Positions 13,481-23,991 of a stretch of 64,000 nt of DNA are shown piece after piece. The notes below the pieces were generated by a model that searched no databases, had not been told where the DNA came from, and saw only the letters and a program-made list of their open reading frames with translations. Position 1 is the first letter of the stretch; each line of letters opens with the position of its first letter. Source of the DNA: Vicugna vicugna (Eukaryota); NCBI GenBank assembly GCA_013265495.1, contig MU057809.1, positions 436,001 through 500,000 of the forward strand. Direction: 5' to 3'. The position numbers and the translations under genes are program-made.

Positions 13481-16224
13481 CTGCGTGCGCAATGTCACCA
13501 TCCGGGCTTCAGGGGGCTGAGTTCTGCTGGCCTCACTGCTGGGCCCGGCACGGGTGGGCTGGGCGCCCACAGCCTGCCAAGGGGCAGCAGGGCTGGGACC
13601 CGATGGGCGGTGGGCGCTCCCTGCTGGCAGGCTGTGTTTCCCCTCCCCAGTGGGAAGTGCCACCAGCGGGTCCAGAGCCGGTGGTGGCAGCCAAACTGGT
13701 CCTGTGCTTGGCACGGTTGTCAAGCTCAGACTGGGCAGAGCTCAGGGAAGGAAATCTCTCCAAACAGAAAAGCAGGCAGTAACTGGCCACCCAGAGGCTG
13801 GCTGGTTCCTGGTCCCACCCGGTCTTGGTCCTGGGGCCCCGCCTGCCAACACGGCCAGGTACAGTTAGGTCTGGGGAGCGCCTACCCAGAGAACCAGCCC
13901 CAGGCCAGGGGATGGGGGCCGAGGCACCCAGCTTCCTTGTGCCGCCCCTGCTTCCTGTCAAATCCTTCACAGAAAGGGAGCCTTGGATAGTCATTTACAC
14001 CATAGTGAGAGAGGGCTCCTTGATTGTACCCCTCCCCAGGACAGGTGTCTTCTCTAATGCTGTGGAGTCTCTGCTGACCCTGGAAACCTGCAGGCATAGA
14101 GAGGCTGGAGAGGGGGAGGGAGTGGCCCAGCGTCACACACCCGATTCCAAGTGAGCTCTGACTAGAGTCTGAGTTCCCGGCCGGTCTTCCAGGCCTCGGG
14201 GCAGAGCAGCTGCTCTCAGTTGGGGTTCTTGGCTGTGGGCAAGTCTATCCAGAGCAGCGGCCTCCCAGACCAGAACCACAGCCTGCACTTTAGGGGTGTG
14301 CATGCAGGTATGTGTGCGAGGGTGTGTATGTGTAGCTGTTTGTGGGACACACATCTGAATGGGGGTCCCAGTGTGTCCGTGTGAATGTAAGTATGTCTGT
14401 GTGTTGCTTGAGCGAGGAAGGGGTCAGTGTGTGCCGGGGCAGCGTGGCCCCTGCCTCCCTGAGCTGTGAGGTGACCCTGCCCTGGCAGGCAGCCCGGGGG
14501 GTGTGGGTGGTGGAGCGGGGCACCTCTCCTGGCACCCTGCACCCAGGGCTACTGAAGACGGACAGAGGCCTTGCCACCCCCAGCTGGGCACCCCTCCTGG
14601 CCAGGAGTCCCTGCTGAGGGCTGCGGGCCATGGCGGGGGGTGGGGAGGGGCACTGAGTCTGTCCTTTGTGGTCACAGCTCAGTGTGAAATGAGGCCCCGC
14701 CCTCCCCCCAGGCCAGCCTTGGCCAAGGGTCTTAGGCAGGACAGCTGAGGCTGGAGGGGCCTGATGGGCTCCCCTCACCTGGACGGGTAGTTGGGTCAGG
14801 ATGGTGGGGAGAGTCCCCATTTGTCAGCAGCACACCTGGCACATGGTCAGGCCGGACTGCCCTCCCAGGCTCAGGCCCCGTAGGGAACCCACTGGGCGGA
14901 TTCAGAGTCGTCGGCCGGCGTCCTCGTCCACCAGGTGCCAGGCTGCGTGCACCCGCCAGCGCCACCTTGAGGGGAAGTGGCATCCTTACCCCGACCTGGC
15001 AGAGGGGCACTGCAGGGCCTGCATCACAGCGCCGGCTGCCCACCTCTGACCGCTGCCCCCTCCACTCTCAGCGGCCTCCAAGTGCACACAGGTGGGCATC
15101 CCTCCGCCCGCTCACCAGCTTGTGTTGAGCACCCATGGTGTGCCAGGCCCAGAGCTGGGGCTGGGACCCCAGGACCAGATGTGGCCCTTGCCCTCTGGGG
15201 ACTCCCATCGTGGGAGTGGGACAGAAGAGGCCGTCATGGTTGTGTGGCCAATCGATTTCTGTCCTCATCAGCCAGGCCCTGGGGAGGGGCTGGGCCCAAG
15301 ATGGGCCACCTGGGTCCCGGGGCCTAGGATGGGGGGTCTCTGGGGCAGCCCTGTCAGGGTCCACAGTGCCGGCCCTTCTTGGCACCCATCCTCCCGCTGT
15401 CTCTCCCAGGGCCGTGCCCGCTGCCTGCCCACAAGCCGCCTGGTCACTCGGAGCTGCAGGAGGCCCGCGTTTCTCCAGACGCCCCCTAATTTACGTGCGG
15501 CTCCTGCAGGGAGTGTTTCCTTTAAAAACAGGGTGGGTGTGAGAAAAACAACAATGCCCTGAAACCACGCCTGACAGTGGGCCGGGCTGGCTCGTTAGCG
15601 CTGAGTCACGGGACTGCAGGCCCGCCCTGGGAAGCAAAAATAAACAGCCCACCCGAGCGAGCGCTGGAGACTGGGGGGGGCGGGGGCTCCCATACTCTGC
15701 ACCCGGTGCCTGGGTCCCTGGGTCCCTGCTCAGCAAGGGCACAGGCTTCTCCGAGGGGGCTGCCGTCCTCTGCCGCCTGGGCTGGGCGCCCACCCTGGGA
15801 AAGGTCACCCGGAGGTGCTGCTCCAGAGGGGGGGGGCCTCCCAGCCCCTCCGAGGGAGGAAACCCTTTGTGGCAACTTAAACCCTGCCTGGTAATTCAAG
15901 CCTGCTTCCTCCTGCTCCATCCGCAGTGAGGATGGGGAACAGCTGGTCATCTCTCGTCTTCTAATAAATCCCATCCGACTGCACCGCCGGGGAGGGACCC
16001 ACCGGCTCTGTGGTCTGGCTGAGCCTGGCCCAAGAGGCCCAGGGCTCTGGAGTCAGACAGCGAGACCCAAGTGGGGACCTCAGCCCCCAGCAGCCCCCCA
16101 CTCGCTGCCGCCTTTGTGTGGGTGGTGGGGGCACGCTGTGCTGGTGGGAGGGCCGAGGTCTGGGGGGACGGCAGCCACTCCTTTGTGCAGCCAAGTTCCA
16201 GGCGCATTGTGTACTGGGCCGAAC

Positions 16225-16700
16225 TTTAGCTCACAATTTGGGATTAGAGCAAATCCGAGTATTTTTCTGCATGCCTGCCCGCTCCCGGGCGCCCAGAGCC
16301 TGCTGGGTAACAGCCTATTATCCGCCGGTTCCACTCCAGTGCCCTCCCCAATAAAACTTTTCATATCCTTATAAACGAACTCGATTGCCGTGTTATAAAC
16401 ATTTACACTGTGCTAACAGATCATCTCCGCACATCAGAATTGGCTAAATTCCCTTTTCCAGATGAATATATTGAAGGAGATTAGAGATATGATAGCTTTT
16501 CAGATTGCTGAACCCAGAGAAATTAGTTTAGTGAGCATTTACAGAGGCTAAATTGGAACCATTAAATAGTGGATTAAATTGATGGCACTTTCATTGTCTG
16601 TCCTTCGGTACTGCTGTAAAATCAATTAGCCGTCACCAGCCCATTCTCCATATAGTGAGATTGTCATCCTCCCTGGAAGCTGATGCAAAACCTCCCAGCG
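16225..16700. promoter_or_regulatory. Putative highly conserved non-coding element (developmental enhancer)
   Basis: ~470 bp of complex AT-rich unique sequence with GGATTA, CCAATAAAAC, CCATTAAA, GGATTAAATTGATGG and ATCAATTAG homeodomain/PBX-type sites. Confidence 0.75.
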
Positions 16701-16768
16701 GTGGCGAGGGGCGTGAAAGCACACCTATTAGGTAGCGTGGGAGGGAACAGCGTCAGGACGGCCCCGGC

Positions 16769-16814
16769 CTCGCAGCATCCCTTCTCCCAGGCTCGCAGCA
16801 TCCCTTCTCCCAGG
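16769..16814 (+). repeat. Perfect 23-bp tandem duplication
   Basis: CTCGCAGCATCCCTTCTCCCAGG x2. Confidence 0.95.
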
Positions 16815-17094
16815 CGGTGTCGAGGGGTGCCAGCAGCTCTCCCCCCAGAGGTGACAGGAGCAGGCTAGGGGATGCCTACACAGCATGGCTGGGCCCCCAT
16901 AAGTCAAACCGAAGGTGGCATGTGTCTGCAGAGAAGCAGCAGCCCCCGAGGGCGGCTGGTACAGAGAAGGTGGAGGGCCGCCTGGAGGTGGCTTCCAGGT
17001 CATGACTGAGTGTGTGCCTCTTGCTGTCGTGGGCCTTTGCCAGGAGCCCTCACTAAGCGTCAGCCGCGGATGAACAGGGGTCCCACTGAGCCCT

Positions 17095-17195
17095 CCCCAC
17101 GGTCCTGCAAGGCAGGGGTTGCTCTCGTCCCCATTTCACAGAGGAGAAAACTGAGGCTCAGGCAGCCCAGGAGCTGGCCTGAGGTCCACAGCGGG
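17095..17195 (-). mobile_element. MIR SINE core
   Basis: CCCCATTTCACAGAGGAGAAAACTGAGGCTCAG is the reverse MIR core. Confidence 0.75.
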
Positions 17196-19595
17196 CCCCC
17201 AGTGAGCACTTCCGCCTTGAGCACTTCTCCTGGGCTGAGACCCATGGACCACACCAAGGGAAGGGAAGCAGGGCCGACCTCAGTCACCAAAGTTCCGGAT
17301 CGAGTGACCCTAGGGGCGGAGAAGCAAGGTCTGGGGATGAGCATTCGGTCCAAGTGAGTGTCTGAGTGCTCACTGTGGGATGGGCCAAGGGCAGGGGTGC
17401 CCTGGGGAGTGGGGGAGGGGGCTCGGAGCAGCCCGTCTTGGGCCGGCACCCCCATCGGTCCCTGCAGAGTTCTGATGACCAGCACTGGGCCCTGGGGCCA
17501 GGCGACACACCCTCGCCTGGTACTGAAGGTGAAGCCGAGGCCCAGAAGGCAGTGAGTCCCGGTGTCTCGGGAGGTGGTGGCTGGGTGGACACGCAGCCTG
17601 CTCAGCAAACCTGGCTTGTGCTCAGCCCGCCTGGACTCAGCCAGCGCTGCGGGGCCGAAGGAGCTTACTCCAAACCCGCTCCACACACACGTTTCAGATG
17701 TGGGGCAGGGGGCGTGAGCGAGAGGTGGAGGGCAGAGGGCACGCGGCGTCTGGAGTGGGGCTGGGGCAGTGGGGCCTGAGCCCAAGGCCGCGGGTCCCTC
17801 TGTCGGTGGCACTCGGGCCCCGCTGGGGCCCCGCACGCGCTCTGCCCTCTCTCCCGCTCTGGCGCGTGGCGCAGAGGTCACCTGCCCAGGAAGGCTGCGC
17901 TGACCCCCCTCCCCCGTCAGGCCAGGAGCCCCCTCCCGGGCTCCCACGGGCTGTTGGGCTTCCCTGCATCATGGTGGCCGTGACACCAGCTAGGAAATGC
18001 TTGTCTGCGGGGAGCTGGCCTCCCATCTGCTCTGGGCCCCCCTGAGGAGTGGTGGGGGCGCGAGTCCCGCTGTGCTGAAGGCCTGGCCACCAGGCAGGTC
18101 AGTGAGAATGTAAACGGGAGGCAGCAGCAGCAGGGAGGCTGGGTCCTTCCTCGGCCCTCGCCCGGGAGAGGGAAGCTGGGTCCGGGAGCTGACCAGCAGA
18201 GGGGGCCCCTCCCAGTGGCTGGAGCTCACGTGGGGTCCTGAGGCTGCACAGGAGAGGGGCCCCAGGCCTCCTCAGGAGAGAGCCCTTTCCACAAACATCC
18301 TGACAGCACCCTGTAGGCTACAGAGTGCGTTCCCTCCCCGGACTCCATCCCACAGACAGGAAACGGGGTGGGGTCAGGTTCTCACAGCCGGGGACCCACG
18401 CCCCTCTGCCCGCCCGAGGCCTCCTCACCCTGACCTGAGCTGAGCCCCGGGTGCGTGGCCACCGGGACCCTGCCCCGAAGGCCCGGGGCGCCACAGCCCT
18501 GCCCCGTCCTCCTCTGGGCCTCAGGGATGGAGGAGGCTGGCAGACCAGTCCGCCTGTGCGACTTTTCAGAGAACTGCTTGCAGCCAGGCTGTGGAAGTAT
18601 CCTGCCAGCGGGCTGAGCCGAGGTCTGGGATTGTGCGTGGAGGCCACAGGGACCAAGAGGGAGAATGGAACAGAGTGGGCCTGTTGGGGTGGGGGCAGGA
18701 CCCCCAGATGTCCACTCCTGGGTGGGGGGCCGCTCAGCTGACCCCTTCAGAGGGTGATGGGGAGGGTGCTGAGTGGCCTGTCCCAGGAAGAGTGCAAGGC
18801 CCGCTGGACAGGAGGCCACAGGTGGAGATGGGCTGGGAGGCTCCTCCCCGGGGATGGGGGCCGGCGGCTCTGTGCACAGTTCTGGGCACACACTGCCGGA
18901 GTCACAGGCCTTAGGGCCCAGACCCCTGACCAGAGTCCCAGCACCCACCCTGTCCTCACCTTCCTGACCCCTGACCTCTGGCTGCTCTGAGAACAGGCTG
19001 GTTGAGAGGCCGCTGTTCCAGTAGATTAGTGCCCCCCCCGCAAAACACACTGCAGGTTTCATCTGAGCCCAGCAGGTGGGCCGGAGGCCTCACAACAGAG
19101 AAGCCGGGTGGTGGGGAGGGGGCAGCACCGGGCAGGTCAGGTGACGGGACGGCATGGAGACTGGGGCTCCGGGAGGTGGGAAGTCTGGGTTAGAGGCCCC
19201 TGGGCAAGGCCGCAACTCTGCCCCCAGTGAGGGCTGTGGGTGGGGGCCAGGCCGGAGTGGGTCCCCTGGGAGTCTGACAGACTCCTTGACTCCCGTGAGG
19301 CCCCCAAAGGACTCACCGTATTTTACCAATGAGGAAACTGAGGCTTGGGGAGGGAGGGGCTTGCGGGGGTCTCAGATAATGAGGGAGCGGCTCCCCTGGG
19401 ACTGCAACCCCAGGAAGCCTGCCCCTGCTTGTCTGAGCTGCAGAGCCCGGAGCCACAGCCTCATTTCTCAGATGGGCGACCATGGCCCAGAGCAGGGCTG
19501 GGGCCTGTGTCGGGCACATAGGAAGCTGGTGCAGCGGAGCAGAGACAGAGGCCGCCCCCGGCCCCAGCCTGGGCCTCTGTGCTGGGGCCGTGCAG

Positions 19596-19655
19596 CCCCC
19601 CCCCCCCCCCCCCCCCCAAAAAAAGGTGCGGGGGAGGGGGCGGGCTTGGGGAGGG
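19596..19655. repeat. Poly(C)22-A7 run followed by G-tracts
   Basis: C run at 19596-19617, A7, then GGTGCGGGGGAGGGGGCGGGCTTGGGGAGGG. Confidence 0.9.
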
Positions 19656-20999
19656 CCACAGAGGCAGGTGAGAAGGCCGGCCACGGGAAGTTCTCACGGG
19701 CAAATGGGGTGACCCGCCGCCCCCGTGGCCACTGACAACCGATATTTAGAGCAGAGGGCTGTCTGGGCACACGTGGCCCAGCTGCAGCCTGAGTCGCCCC
19801 CCAGGAAGGGGACTGGGGACCCCGGTCCTCACCCGCACTGTGCTTGGAGCCCCCCTCTGCACGGTGGGCACGTCTCCGGGCCCCCTCAGAGCTGCCAGGC
19901 CAGGATTCGGGGATCCCTCCAGGCAGTGGCCGGCAGCCGGGGAGGAGGACCCCTGCTGGGAGCCCGAGAGGTCGGCCCTTGCCACTCTGGGCCTCAGTTT
20001 CTCCTCCTGGCTGGCAGCAGGTCCCCGCCCTGCCCCCAGGAGCTGTGGGAGGAGGGAGAGCCCTGGCCCCGGCCCCGGCCCCGGCCAGCAAAGATGAGAC
20101 TACAAGGTGTGTTATGGTTGTCATGCCTGTCACAGGAGGAGCCTCATGCTCGGCCCCCGGGGACGGCGGTGGCCTGTGGGGCGGGGGCCAGGCACCTGGG
20201 GCCTTTCATCACCTGGGCCTCCGGCCCCCCCGCTCTGGACAGCGCTCATCGGGCCGTGATGAACGGCTGTCAGCTCTGGCTGGAAGGCCTGGGGGAGGGA
20301 GGCAGCCAGAGAAACCGGGCAGCAGCTCCAAGGCGTGGAAGGGGGAAGGGCCACTGTCGGTCTGTCTACCGCTCTGTCCGGGAGGCCGTCCTCCCTGGAA
20401 TGCGCACTGGGGGTGAGGTGAGGGGTTCTAGGCACACTTTCTGAAATACTTGGATGCGTGAGAGGAAACCCATGGATGGGGCCACCAGTGTCTTATGCCC
20501 AGAGGCGCCCACAGGCGGCCATGTCCGGGGTGCAGCCGGGCCCGTGGGGGCCAGGCCCAGCGGTCCCGTCTGCAGGCTCCACCCCCTCCTTCCTGCAGGG
20601 GACATCTCTGGCTCGTTTGGAGACAAGCCTTGGCCTACCTCCCGAGGACACGGGGGCCTGGCTTCCTTGGAACGCACACCAGGGCCATGTCGCACGAGCC
20701 CGGGCAGGCGGAGTGTGAGGAGCCCGGCCGCCCGGCCGCTCAGGGGGTGCAGGGGGCCGTGGTGTGGAGCACACGCGCTGTGGCCGCCATCCATCCGCGG
20801 ACTCCCGCTGCTCAGGGTCCGCTGTCAGCATCAGCAGTCGCGTCCTCGGGAAGAAGGAAGCAGGTTGGCCTCGAGATGTCCTCACAAACGGGTCGTGCAA
20901 GACTGAGCGATGGACCCGGAAGTTGTGGGCGGAAGGATGAGGATGCAGGAACCACAGTGCTCCGAGCGCCTCCCCCAAGACACTTATTACATTTTTTGT

Positions 21000-21320
21000 A
21001 CTTTTTTGGGGGGTAAAAAATACGTAGCGTTTACCACCTTAATCGCTTTTAAGTGTACAGCTCAGGGGCGTTAAGTACGTTCACCAGCATCCGTCTCCGG
21101 AACTTTCTCGTCTCCCCAGTCTGACTCGGTCCCCATTAAGTCCTAGCTCCCCCTTCTACTCTCTGTCTCTGTGAACGTGACTCCTCCAGGCCCTCGCGTG
21201 GGCGAGGTCACCCAGTGTCCACCCGGGACTGGTCTGCCGCTCTGAGCGCCGTTTCCTCCAGCCTCGCCCGCGCTGCAGCAGGGTCCACACCTCGTTCCGT
21301 TTTAAGGCTGAAAATACTGA
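21000..21320 (-). mobile_element. L1MB-like 3' end, antisense, CpG-enriched
   Basis: TTTACCACCTTAATCGCTTTTAAGTGTACAGCTCAG...TTAAGTACGTTCAC...CTCTGTCTCTGTGAAC...TTTTAAGGCTGAA. Confidence 0.8.
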
Positions 21321-21562
21321 TTAATTCCCAGGAGAAAAACAGTACCTTCAGGTGGGAGAAAGGCAGCAGGTGTCAGCAAGTGGTCAGGTTAGCACCACCT
21401 GGGGCGGGACACACGCCCCTGTCCTGACACGAGGCCCGGGAAGGCGTGACATCACTTCCGGATCTTCCTGCCCAAATCGCACTCCCCAACGTGCGGGGTC
21501 ACGAGGAGACCCCACGAAGCCAAAGCGAGGGCGTCCTGCCAAACAGCTGGCCAGCCTTCTTG

Positions 21563-21703
21563 GTGGAGGCAATTTATTTATTTGCTTATTTTTAGAGGCA
21601 ATTTATTTATTTGCTTATTTTTAGAGGAGGTGCTGGGGATTGAACCCACAACCTTGTGCATGCTAAGCATGTGCTCTACCACTTGAGCTATACCCTCCCC
21701 CTT
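21563..21703 (-). mobile_element. Camelid tRNA-derived SINE (Vic-1-like) with 15-bp target-site duplication
   Basis: Minus strand GGGGAGGGTATAGCTCAAGTGGTAGAGCACATGCTTAGCATGCACAAGGTTGTGGGTTCAATCCCCAGCACCTCC has A and B boxes; TSD TGGCCAGCCTTCTTG at 21548-21562 and 21704-21718. Confidence 0.9.
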
Positions 21704-22294
21704 TGGCCAGCCTTCTTGACAAGCTGCCAGTGTCGTAAAAAGGACTGAGACGCTGTCCCGGGATGACGGTGATGACAGGGCGTGACAGCCACGTGCACGT
21801 GAGGTCCTGGGACAGGAGTCCTGTCTACACTCAGTGTGCTGGGGTGGGCTCGGGCCGCGGGCAGGGGCGACAGGCACACAGGCTGGGTTCTGCGGACCAG
21901 CTGTAAACCATCGGGACCGGCTGCGCCGGAGTGTTTACACCATGGAAATCGGCAAGCGGCACGAGGCGGAGCTTTCTGGGGGGCTGGGGGAGAGCTTGCC
22001 GGCATACGGCCGGCTCTGTCAGCGCTGGCGTGAGGGGGCTGGGGGAGGGAGCCTGGGGTGCCACGTGTTCTTCCACAGCAGTGTCACGGGTCTGACGTTA
22101 TTTCAAAATAAAGTCTTTCTAAAAATTGTAAAACCAGAGACTCAGTTCCTGGCAAACCACTAGCTTCTCTGTGTCCTTCAGAGACATCAGGACACTCAAG
22201 TCTGACACCCTCTTCCCTCAGCCCCTGGGACACCTCGCCCTCTGGTCTCCTTCATTTCCTCAGTCCCTTTCGTTTTCTGTAGGCTCTAAGTTCT

Positions 22295-22600
22295 TTCGTT
22301 CATTCATCCACCTATCCTTCCCTCCTCCCATCTGTCCTTCCACCCACCCACCCACTCACCCACTCACCCTTGCATCCTTCCACCCACCCATGCATCTTTC
22401 CACCCACCCACCCATCCTCCCTCCCTCCTCCCTCCATCCATTCACTGTCCTTTTGCGCAGCTTCAGTGCAGGGCATTGCTCCGGTTTCTTGCTCAGTAAT
22501 GAGCAAAGCAGACAAGGCCCCTGGCCCCGTGGACTTCAGGCACCAGTGGGGAGAAAAGCAAGCCCGCAAGAAACCTGTGAATTAAACACAAAGGAAGGGA
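22295..22600 (-). mobile_element. (CCAT/CCAC)n simple repeat continuing into an antisense L2 fragment
   Basis: TTCATTCATCCACC... microsatellite, then GAGCAAAGCAGACAAGGCCCCTGG...CAGTGGGGAGA. Confidence 0.55.
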
Positions 22601-23094
22601 TGAGGGGGGAGGAGGGGAAGAGGGCGTGGACTCAGGGAGAGAAAGGCGGCGGGAGCACCAGGGCCTGACTCAGCGCCAGGGGCCCTTCGAGGGTCCAGGT
22701 GGAGACGGGAGCGAGCCGCCGGCTGTGGGTGGACTGCTGTGGAAGGAGGGGTTGTGGCTACAAAGCCGGGAACCAAGTGCACACAGACCCCCTCGCCCCC
22801 TCCCCAGCACACCCAGGGGCCGTGAACGCCACAACTCCGTCTCCCGCTCCTCCAGGAGCTCCAAGCCTGCAACTGCCCAGCCATCTGACCCAGGCCCACA
22901 GGGAGAGTGGGAGTGGACTGGGTGGTGTTCGATGGGGTCCCCTGTGTGGGCCGGACCCCAGCGTTCGAGGGCTGACAAGCTCATGGAACTGCAAGTCCCT
23001 GGTTCACGGAGGCGCAGCGAGACGGCCGCCTTGCCCGGGGGTGGGGGCGGGAGCCGGGCGGGCCCCGGGGAGTAAGTTGGCAGCATGGCCTGAG

Positions 23095-23450
23095 CGCCTT
23101 TGACCCAGCGATGCCGCATCTGGGATGCTCTTCCATGAAATTACCCAAAATATGGGGAGAGCATTAGGCCCAAAGACATTCATGGCGACATTATTTTTAA
23201 TGACCCCTCCCCCCAAAAAAACCTAAAAATTGGAAGCAGATGAATGTCCCACAGTCCGGGAGAAGTTAGGAAATCACATTCAGAGACTCACCGGAACACT
23301 AGGCGCCATTAAAAACGCTGATTGCGAAGACCGGGTGGTAAGATGCAGACGTGCCCGCAGCGTAGTGTCGAGGCGGGGAGCTGCGTACAGGGTTATGTGT
23401 ACCTTAGGGGTGCAGGGGTGTAAGAAGCTTATGCAGCAGGCAAAGTCCTG
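23095..23450 (+). mobile_element. L1ME-like fragment (ORF2 end/3' UTR)
   Basis: TTTGACCCAGCGATGCCGCATCTGGGA...AATTGGAAGCAGATGAATGTCCCAC...GCCATTAAAAA. Confidence 0.7.
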
Positions 23451-23565
23451 GACGGGGCCGGAGGCACGAGGCAGCGGACGGTGAGCGGGGGGACGGAGAG
23501 CCGCTGCTTCGTTCTGTCTTCTGACTTCTCTGCAAAGCGGGGCGTCGCGGTGGCGGTTTGACATG

Positions 23566-23991
23566 CAGGCACACCTCGCTCTGCAGGGTTTGCAGACCCC
23601 GCATCTGTCGCAAATGGAGGGTCTGTGGGACCCCGCGTCGAGCAGGGCCGTCGGCGCCCTTGTTCCAACAGCATCTGCGCACTTCGTGTCTCTGGGTCAC
23701 ATCTTGGTGAGTCTCGCAAGTTCCAGACCCTCCACCGTCGTCCAACAAAAAGACCACGACGTAAAGGCTCGGAGGGTGGTTAGTGTTTTTTAGCAATAAA
23801 GTAACTTTAATTAAGGTCTGTCCACTGTTTCTTTAGACATGACGCTGTTTGCACTTAGCAGACTACAGCGTCGTGTAAACACCGCCGTTCTCTGTCCTGG
23901 GAAACCGCGAGGTTGGGGTGGCTCAGTTTACTGCAGCACGCGCTCCTTTCTGGTGGTCTGGCGCCAATCCTGCCACGTCTCTGTGTGCCCG
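23566..23991 (+). mobile_element. Internally deleted Tigger1 derivative (TcMar-Tigger), both ends present
   Basis: Starts CAGGCACACCTCG; contains GCGTCGAGC...TCGGCGCC..TTCCAACAGCAT...CACTTCGTGTCTCTG and the 3' part TTTTTAGCAATAAAGTA..AATTAAGGT...AGACTACAG..GTGTAAAC..CTGGGAAACC..GGTGGTCTGG. Confidence 0.85.

Noticed and set aside
21625..21701. tRNA-Ala-like sequence
   Set aside because: It has an AT-rich tail and a TSD, so it is a SINE head and not a tRNA gene.
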